Source: Oopsacas minuta (taxonomy: Eukaryota > Animalia > Porifera). Taken from it: a stretch of DNA of 64,000 nt. A program made the translations under genes and the position numbers. The number at the start of each line of letters is the position of its first letter. Position 1 is the stretch's first letter. This document shows positions 54,076 through 64,000 of the stretch, piece by piece. Below the pieces are notes generated by a model, which saw only the letters and a list, made by a program, of their open reading frames with translations, had not been told where the DNA came from and ran no database searches. Location of the stretch: assembly GCA_024704765.1 (NCBI GenBank), contig JAKMXF010000302.1, forward strand, positions 397,114-461,113, read 5' to 3'.

Positions 54076-55518
54076 CTACTTTTCTTCTTTGAAATAACGG
54101 CCCTCTACAATATTACAAAATAACTCATTTATCTCTTTTGGATCTTTCAATGCTTCAGTTAGCATCTTTTCGATGTTACGCATCATAGCGACCTTGTGTG
54201 TAGCCGATAATGGAAATGAGATAGTGTCAATTGATCCAGCTTTGAACCAGAATGTTATACTAGTTGTCAAATCAGGTTCTAGGGATTCGATTTGATGCCA
54301 CCAGTAAATTGGGATGTATAGAACATCGCCAGGAGAAAGAACACATTCCATGCCCTCTAATTGGGAGACAAGAGGATATAATGATAGATCTGGAGCTCTG
54401 AGATTAACCTAGATAAAAATAGCTAATTTCTACGCGTAAGGAATTACGTTAATCGATTCCAGAACGTAAAAACAACTTAAAATTAGAAATGATTATTCGT
54501 GTCATGTAATCTAGTGCACGTGTGTACCTTTGATTGTCGATCACAAGGATGATAGACAGGATAAGGGTAGAGCTTATCAAAATGACGTGGATGGAATAGC
54601 AAGCAGCGTTTCTCTCCACCAACTTGACAAAATAAGTTTTGCTGTTCATCATAATGCACTGGGGTTATATTACCTGGTTCTCCTATAAGAAGCATGTTAT
54701 TCGTCAGGGATCCCCATTTCATATCGCCGCTCCAACGCTTCACTAGTTCCCAATTGAATCGACGGAAATCTGAAAATATATTCGGCCCTACTGTATCATT
54801 TAGAGGTTGTTGCAAATAAGAGTATGTATCTCTTCCCCTTTGAGGTAACTGTATTCTTGAAAGAGTGAGAGAACATAAAGTTCACCCATAACTTACACCC
54901 AATTATTTAGTAACTAGCTTTTAGTAGACAGTTTTTCTTAGAGTGATAATGATGTTAATGACTAATCATCTTTCGGGACTGAGTTCCATGATGACAACCT
55001 CTGACAAACTGAATCACGATTACGTATCGATAAATGCAAATCACCAAGTATGGAAAATAATAAAATATGTTTGGACTTTTCTCTGGACGTCATTTGCCAT
55101 GGCAACGCGTTAAATTGATATTCTAAAAATAGCTTACACTGTATTTTTAGTAGCAAAAATTAATTAATTCTATAAATTACCGTTTGACAAATTCCTGAAA
55201 TTTCATTTCATCGGTAGAAGCTTCTAGAACAAATTCCATTTTACCCTTGAGTTGAGTGACTTTATTTTGATCAAAATATTTGAACATTTGATGTCCTTTG
55301 GTTTGCATAACATTATACAGGCCCCTATCACCTAAATTTTCCGTCAGGTATCCTAGATCCCATTTCTCTAATGCAGGTCCAACTAAATTTGAACCTTCGA
55401 TTACAACAGGCAACTCCTTATATAAATAATCCTTGAGCTCTGGACTGTCGACAGATATACGGGAAATTGGAATGAGGGGAAAATTATAAGTGTATAGAGT
55501 AGAAATATCTTCAACCAT
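54076..55518 (-). CDS. HIF1AN: Factor inhibiting HIF (JmjC asparaginyl hydroxylase), multi-exon gene span
   Basis: EMKFQEFV, YLQQPLNDTVG, LTNNMLLIG..GNITPVHYDEQQNLFCQ, LYPYPVYHPCDRQS, PGDVLYIPIYWWHQIES, TTSITFWFK, KVAMMRNIEKML. Intron 1 is 54856-55180. Confidence 0.93.
54943..55017 (+). ncRNA. SNORD2: Box C/D snoRNA, SNORD2/snR39B-like, antisense within HIF1AN intron 1
   Basis: Terminal stem GTGAT/ATCAC; box C ATGATGT 54949; D' CTGA 54979; C' ATGATGA 54988; D CTGA 55009. The guide AATCATCTTTCGGGA matches my recollection of SNORD2 and pairs with the conserved LSU rRNA sequence CCCGAAAGAUGGU. Confidence 0.85.
55086..55106. promoter_or_regulatory. Adjacent CRE-like (GACGTCA) and RFX X-box-like (TTTGCCATGGCAAC) sites in HIF1AN intron 1
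   Basis: 13/14 match to the X-box consensus GTTGCCATGGCAAC, containing the perfect 12-bp palindrome TTGCCATGGCAA. Function not shown. Confidence 0.45.
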
Positions 55519-55855
55519 CTAATATTTAATTAGCTTAATCTGACACAAGAATAAACACCGGTGAAATGAAAGCAGGTTGAACCACGTGGTGTGTAAAGGA
55601 TACCAAGTAATATGATCGTATGATGAAAGCTATGATCTGCTTTAAAATAAGATCCTGTTCTATTGGAGACAAATAGAAGAGGAATCACTAATCTTAGTCC
55701 CACCTCAAAGCATTGTCCTTATGTAAGCAGAATGTAACAATATAGGACTAATTAGAAAGGATAATTTTATCTCTTAGAATAAATCTTAAATCACATAATA
55801 TCTATAGACAAGATCTATGCTACGAAAGTTACGTAGAAATGTGTTTCTAACAAAT

Positions 55856-57429
<1,574 letters not shown>

Positions 57430-57885
57430 TTCTAATTTCACAATTCTAGAATCACAGACAAAACAAATGAATCAAAATGTGCGGATCTGAGATAATGTCT
57501 TTATGAATGTAATTAGAGTTATAAGTAGAATTTCTAGTGTCAGTTTCCAGCATGGTCGTATGGAATGCATCGAATTCCAAGATGTTCGATGACAAGTCAA
57601 TTTGAAAACTCGACATTCCTAGTTTTTATCGAATCATTGGAACAGAAACCCAATCAGAACCTGTACCAGTTTACTTTCATACTCAATCAAAGGTAGTATT
57701 TGCCATGTAAGCAGTCAAGTATGTTACTATAAATACAAGAGAGTATTTCTGTTTGTAAAGTGTGTTCCTATCTTTTCACTGAAGATTTCAATTCTATTTT
57801 TTATTCAATTTTATCAGATTGATTGATAATTTCTTCGATTTGAATTTTTATTAATTTTTGGATTGCTCATATTGTAAATTACGTA

Positions 57886-58479
57886 ATGGCTGCAAATATG
57901 GATTATATTGTCGCGTCTGTTGGGTGTATGTCAAAGAGAGGCTACTCAATTTTCCATGATTACTTCAACCTCGCACAGCTTGTGAAATGCCGACAGGTGG
58001 AACAGGAAGACGTTTTAACGAAGGAACCGCGTGATTCATCGCCTGTGTTTACTGACAATTCACTAGATCGCTTCTCTCCCCCCGATTCACCAGGCGGTAT
58101 GAACATGGCTCAATGGACAGGTGGTTCGGACCGATTGAATGACTGGACTTCTCCCCTGGCAAGTCCATCTTCTCCGCTAGGTGGATGGGGACAGAAAAAG
58201 AAAGCAGAAATTGCGACAGCCAGACGAGGCAAATCTGGTAAAGTAGTAGGCGCAAAGTTGGTTTGTGTGTTTTGCCGTAACAACGGAGAAGATGAATCAG
58301 TGTATACTTCGCATGCTCTGAAAGCCGGCGATGGCAGAGTCACATGTCCCATCCTAAGGGCTTACACCTGCCCTCTATGCCATGCATCTGGAGACGATGC
58401 ACATACGATCAAATACTGCCCAACTAATGCAAACAATCTGGCGAAACAAACGAATCCAAGCTTACTTTTATCGGCATGA
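57886..58479 (+). CDS. nanos: Nanos (tandem CCHC zinc fingers), intronless
   Basis: [47 protein letters not shown]-terminal [13 protein letters not shown] resembles the NOT1-interacting motif. Confidence 0.96.
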   Translation: MAANMDYIVASVGCMSKRGYSIFHDYFNLAQLVKCRQVEQEDVLTKEPRDSSPVFTDNSLDRFSPPDSPGGMNMAQWTGGSDRLNDWTSPLASPSSPLGGWGQKKKAEIATARRGKSGKVVGAKLVCVFCRNNGEDESVYTSHALKAGDGRVTCPILRAYTCPLCHASGDDAHTIKYCPTNANNLAKQTNPSLLLSA

Positions 58480-59615
58480 GTCAACTAATATTATATAGAA
58501 TCCGCCGAGATCTATTCATCTTTTGTCTTTCAAATCAATCTTATTTCAAATCTTTCAAATCTTTCAATTGCTTATTGATTTTTATTGGTGATTATAATAT
58601 TTCGCCTTAGCAATTCTATAGATAATCAATTTTAAAGATTATATTAATGTTGAATGAATATATTAATAATTGTATGAATCATAATTGCCTCCAATATAAA
58701 CATCAAAGAATATAGAGAGCAGGGTTAGAATTACTCGTCAATTTTGGTATATGTGAAATTAGATTTTAAAAGATTATAATGTGGATGTTATGCATAGAAA
58801 TTTGACTCTGGTGGAGTATGACAGCATGATCTGCGTTTCTTGATTAATTCAGAATGTGCAACTAGAATTCAGTGTTCAAAGTTAAAATGGTATGCAAAAT
58901 GAATCATTCACGAAAATTGCACAATTTTCAATTCATCATTCTAATAATGCTAATCATTTCCTACGCAGTAACCGTAGCACATTTTTAGTTAAGAGTGTGC
59001 GCCATATTTAATTACTAAAACGAAAATAAAAATTCATATCACTAAATGAATTCTAATTTTAGAATGGTGCTATAGTAATTGTATTACAGAGTTCGATTGC
59101 GTAGATACATGGGAGATAGTCCATTCATTGATAATGACATCTTTGTAAGTTCCTTAACGTCATGTCGATATTTTAAGAAGATAAAGGAAAAGGACCTAGT
59201 ATGATTCGAACGAACGTAATAATAGCCCTACTTAATTTCCCTATGGCCGCGTGTGTATAAGAAACCCCATCGCGCGAGGCCCATATATCACTACAATTAG
59301 TTGCCCAATTATATAATTCGAAGGAAGTTGGGATAAGTCTTCAGATATTCAAGTGAGAAGTCAGTGAAAAATGTATTTCAACTAGGTACCAATTGTGATT
59401 TCTAGAGGATGCCCTATCAGGACATGTCTAGTGCATTTCTAGTGATAAGCTCACTATCACTGTTTCGTCCTTACAAGATACGCAACAAAACAAAGGCAAA
59501 TCCTTGTGGTGATAAATGTATTATCTTAATTTGCAGACACAAAAAAGACAAATGAAGCTGATAATAGGATTAGATGTAGAATGGAAGATGCATGTGATAT
59601 ATCAACAAGCACGTA

Positions 59616-59778
59616 CAGTTGAAGTCGTGTTATAATGTCCATTTGATTGCACTGCCAAAACGACAAAATAACCTGATTCACAAACGAATATTTTATATAG
59701 GAATTTCGAATACGTAAACAATTTTTGCACTGACTTGACGACAATAAACCCGGTGTCAAAACAACCCGATTTCAACTG
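59616..59778. mobile_element. Tc1/mariner (pogo/Tigger-type) MITE, same TIR family as the 31848 element
   Basis: TIRs CAGTTGAAGTCGTGTT and AACCCGATTTCAACTG (14/16 match), TA on both flanks. Confidence 0.8.
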
Positions 59779-59968
59779 TATTCGCAAATATCATCGAGAA
59801 TGCCTTTGTAATGTTTGTAACTTGATCAAATCTAATAATCATCGAAAAATTGCCTAATCCTAATTTTACTGATTAGCAACAAAACACCCCCACACAAACA
59901 ACTAAAGTACACAATTAAAGAATATCGATGATATAGTTTAGTGGGAGGGTTAATAAGGCTATTTGTAG

Positions 59969-60415
59969 ATGATTATGAAGAAATTGTTGCCCTGCTGTAT
60001 GTTAATAATGACGACTACAAGATACAGTGTAGAATGGGAATAGATGACTTCATTAGTTAATTAACTAAATGAAACTGAATTTGAGTCAGTACGCTTATAC
60101 TATAATATATAGATGAAGTGGAACTAGTAGTAATGAGAGACAACATTTTATCGTTTTCAGTGTGTAGGAGTACGTAAAACAGTAGACCTGAAACAAGAAT
60201 GTCGGAGAGTTACGTGAAGGTACTTTCATCTCATAATGATTTGTTAGGGTAAATTACTAAGACAGATATTTATCGAAGATCAGGTGATTATAAATAATGA
60301 GGAGTTGGAACTACCTTCTCGTATCGTAGATTTCATCATGGAAGAAAGCAATCATCGATAGATATAGGATAGAGATTTTAATACAAGCAAATTTTTACAG
60401 AAATCAGATCTGAAG
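59969..60415 (+). pseudogene. Three phase-compatible exon-like segments of an unidentified decayed gene
   Basis: GT-AG introns at 60056-60112 (57 bp) and 60220-60283 (64 bp) keep one frame (DYEEIVALLYV.., EVELVVMRDNIL.., VIINNEELELPSRIVDF..) that is interrupted by three in-frame stops. Confidence 0.45.
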
Positions 60416-62413
60416 GTAGGAGGAGCTTGACAAAAGATTACAAAAGTAGGATGATGTCCATAAAATGTTGATGTAATTATTCGACCTCATTTGACCTCTG
60501 ACTAATATCATGAATGCTACATGAGTTATTGATATGTGCAAAGTATTAAAAGTTGAATCATATATTACAATGAATATTACTAGCGCCACTGAGGTAAAGA
60601 GTTATGCAATTCTTGAAACCGCAAATTTGGAATAACTATAAATTACAAATTGCATTGTTGTCAATATTAAGAAATAGGGTATTAACTCAAAAACTGATTC
60701 ATTGTGGAAAACAATTCGGCAAAATTAGACATTAATATCCATACAAAGTAGCAATAATTATCATAATTTAATATCCATTGACTGAGAATAGCAACAGGTG
60801 AACCCTGAGGCCATTCTATGGAAATCACGTAGTTATCGGTATATCTACAATAAACATGAAATAATTAGAGCGCTTCGCTTGCTAGGACGAAGTCATAATT
60901 TCGTGAAAAGGTGTGAATTTTCGTCCAAGACTCAAACTTGTCCTAGCCAGGCCCAAAATCAGCCCTGGGAGTCTTCAAACATATATACACACACATAGAT
61001 TAATCGTGTTTTAATAGATATGACAATTGTAAGGAATCCTTTCAAGCATAATAGTTCGAATCGCACATGCAAGTTAGAGGGAAGATAGCGAGTTTAACTA
61101 GTTAGCAAATTAAAAGTCAATTACAGACAAACATTGATTATAAGAATAATACCAGATGTACTGATTCCTATGATATGAAATACATTGTTATTATTCAGCA
61201 AGGCTGCTTAACATGAACCCTTGAGCAAATAACTGGTCGAGAATAAAGCTTAACAATAAACAAGGGTTCCCTAAAGGCAGTTATCCCCTAATCGATACAC
61301 TAGGCCTCATTACCCCTGAGAAGACAAAATTCACTACAAAATAGAAGTTTACTTTACCATTGAACATGTTTCAGACAATTACAATAAGATTAGACACTTA
61401 ATTAATGATCCTATTTGGAGGATTTTAATGAGGAATATCGACTATTAGGCCAAACTTTCCCAGTCATGTTGCTCAAAATTGAAGACTAAGTATTCTCAGG
61501 AATCGTGATGATATAATTAATCTATGATATGCCATTCTAGCAAACATAACTGAAGTAAGCCCAAAAATAGAATTTTCTGGAAAAGGAGAATATTACAAAA
61601 TGATGAGTGAGTTTAAATAAGATTCCCAAATATAGGTAAATAAATTCCTATCAAGTTCTACAATTGGAAATACCTCTATTATTAACCATTCCAATGGTGG
61701 TGTTGTTGTTAAGGTTACTTAATTAATATGTAAATACATATTGAATAAGTAGATTTGGACAGAATTAATAGTCTAAATATTTGTCATGTTTGCATTGGAA
61801 AATGATATTACTCCCTCAGTGTAAAGGTTACTACAGGATAATGATAACTCCCCCTACCGTGGAGATATTAACTTAATGTTACATAAATCATCATATTTCT
61901 GTGATACATTAGGCAATGTTACATATGGCTAACGTAGGACACGAAACTAGTCTTCAGCAAAACAGAAATTGCTGAAGCCGAAATAGCTTTAACTAAGTGG
62001 GTGGATTAGTATGAGATTTGTATTACAGAATACGTATGTATATCTTAGTTGCAATAGTATCAAATCTCAAATAACTACTACGTAGCGCTATGAAAATAGT
62101 TAACATAGGAAGTGAGCATATATCACTAATACTTCCCAATAAATTTACTGACAACAAAAATTGGATGAAACTCCATAAAACCCACGAAGGAGGGATTTTT
62201 ATTGAACAACATTTAATAAATTGTATACTGCCTCTCATAAGTTCTCCATTGAATAAAATTTCCTTAGTGATAGAAATTATTAGATAGTGGTATTGATGTA
62301 TTTTTGAAGGATATAGCAATTGTGCGCCAATTAACGAAATATTCCAGATAATAAGTAGCAATAATATGAATAGAAGTATACGTATGTATAATTATTTTGT
62401 ATTGAAATGGAAT

Positions 62414-62758
62414 TCATACTGGCCAGTCCCATTGTCCAGGAGGTGGAGGCCCAAGACTAGGCTTCCATGGTTCCCAGACTAGCATTTTTTCTGTAAGAGA
62501 ACACTCTCTCTTCGCTTTATCGACCAACTCTTCCATCTGTCCCTGTTTGATTATAGATTCAATTTTATTATCGTCTGTCTCAGTAGAAACAATCTTTAAT
62601 CTCTCTTTTATAATTCGCTCTGTATTCTGCCGATAAGCAGATTTACTGGGCATCTCTGCCAGCAAAGAGAGAGTCTTATTGTACAGAGAACATAGCACTT
62701 CTCTTGCGTTTGGGATCACTTCCAAACCTACAATCTTTGTAGTGCGTTTGATAGACAT
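62414..62758 (-). CDS. NDUFA5: NADH:ubiquinone oxidoreductase subunit A5 (B13), intronless
   Basis: KRTTKIVGLEV..AREVL..LY.KTL..L..MP.KSAYRQNTE..GQMEELV..EL.LTEKML.WEPW..PPPGQWDWPV. Confidence 0.92.
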   Translation of the reverse strand: MSIKRTTKIVGLEVIPNAREVLCSLYNKTLSLLAEMPSKSAYRQNTERIIKERLKIVSTETDDNKIESIIKQGQMEELVDKAKRECSLTEKMLVWEPWKPSLGPPPPGQWDWPV

Positions 62759-63502
62759 TTCTAGTGCTTATTAGTGTAAATACAATATTGAATTATTACT
62801 GGATATCTAATTTGAATGTAATTTTAGTGCAATTATTCTTTACAAAAAAATGGAGTGTTAAGCACATTACTCTACTTTAAATGACCATAACGACGTTTAG
62901 AATTGTCATGCCCAGTATAACGGAATGTTTAATTAGCCAAAAATATTATAACAGTTACATATATAGCGGACATATATTAAGTCACTGTTACTTTGTCCAA
63001 AATTAGATTATGCATCTATTTGGTTCATAGCACATTCTAAAAAGATATCTAGGTAGATAATCATTATTATATTATAGTATTAATTAACCCATCATGATAA
63101 CGAACCTCTCGATAGAATGGAAATATGGAAAAATCGTACCATGACAGATAGTCATGCTCCATTCATTCCTTACATGGAAACATCAAATTGAATGATTACA
63201 ACTTCTATTATTACACATAATCATTACACTAAAATGTATGTAATCATATTGCTAACTTAATTTCCTGGAGAACTTGATTTATAGGAAGTAAAGGTAATTA
63301 TTAATTTGATATTTTCTACAAAAAGTAGACTGATAATACAGCACAGATAATTGTATGGAGTAAATTGGATGAATAGTACATTACAGTGATGATGGTGTAT
63401 TTGAATAAACCAATCATGGCTTGAAAATCATTAATACTGTATGCTCTTGTTATGTATCAACAAATCAATTCGCCGATTTACTAGATATCAATATTCATAA
63501 GG

Positions 63503-64000
63503 CAGTGGTTCCCAACCCTTGCCACCCCAAGACCCCATTCAGCCATGGAGCTAAGTAGGTGGCCCCACACATTGAACATAAATTACACAATTGTAAATTA
63601 TCAACTCATTATTTTGGCATGTAATTTATAATATATGAAAATACTCTACCATTATGGAAATTTGAAATATCAGGTTTGCTTGTGCTTTTTCAGGACAAGC
63701 TCTTTAATTTTTGGTTTTGTAGTAGAAATAGCACATCTCAAATCATCTTCTACTTGTAAACGATTGCGTTTCTTTGTTTTAATAGTCATCAAGGTAGAAA
63801 AAGCATTTTCACATAAATATGTTGTCCGGAATGGGATCAGAGTGCGTAATGCAGATTCTGAAATAAGGGGATACATCTCAATTAGTGACAGCCAAAATTC
63901 GTTTAAGGGTATTGTTTGATATCTGTTCTTTGCTAAACTATCGTTTAACATCTCAATAAATTCCTCTTGAAATATCTCAGGTACATCTTCAACATTCATT
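63503..64000 (-). mobile_element. 3' end of a hAT (Buster/Charlie-type) transposon; transposase C-terminus at 63670-63999, truncated by the window edge
   Basis: TIR CAGTGGTTCCCAACC at 63503 preceded by TCATAAGG (NNNTANNN). Dimerisation-domain motif FW...YPLIS..AL..LIPFRTTYLCENAFSTL..IKTKKRNRL. Confidence 0.9.

Noticed and set aside
55136-55140. Apparent 1-nt microexon (CAG-T-GTAAG) in HIF1AN intron 1
   Set aside because: Direct splicing from 55181 to 54855 already restores the frame (FVKR-IQLPQRGRDTYS-YLQQ) with the expected spacing, so no microexon is needed.
55651-55748. Two hairpins between PSMC5 and HIF1AN resembling an H/ACA snoRNA
   Set aside because: No ANANNA hinge box or terminal ACA at the expected positions on either strand.
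58866-58945. Minus-strand ATGATGA...CTGA pair suggesting another C/D snoRNA
   Set aside because: Terminal stem is out of register, there are no internal C'/D' boxes, and I recognise no rRNA complementarity.

Overview
Eukaryotic, AT-rich and very gene-dense animal genomic DNA. Most introns are about 45-75 bp and intergenic spacers are often under 300 bp. Gene content (nanos, MRTF, TRAF, SID-1, FIH, ankyrin-TRP) and compactness suggest an early-branching metazoan, possibly a glass sponge; this is inference, not proven. About 20 protein-coding genes lie in long co-directional runs. Plus strand: NCL-type Ca exchanger, DDX43-like helicase, LIG3, SID-1, TRAF. Minus strand: UCHL5, nicalin, MRTF, a 1662-aa mucin-like membrane protein, a truncated ORP, DIDO1, EDEM1. 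Then a plus-strand ankyrin-TRP channel; minus-strand PQBP1, NAA50, HPD, HIF1AN, PSMC5; plus-strand nanos; minus-strand NDUFA5. The window also holds hAT (Buster-type) and Tc1/pogo-type MITEs, a Harbinger relic, and the end of a hAT transposase element at the right edge. Main observations: (1) 3' splice-acceptor-like signals sit just upstream of most start codons, spacers are as short as 85 nt, and two intronless ORFs are nested on the same strand inside host introns (NAA50 in PQBP1; an orphan membrane ORF in EDEM1). Together these fit an operon / spliced-leader trans-splicing architecture. (2) A SNORD2/snR39B-like box C/D snoRNA with an apparent second guide lies antisense within HIF1AN intron 1. 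Exon boundaries were read by eye and multi-exon CDS coordinates are gene spans. All family assignments come from recalled motifs, not database searches.
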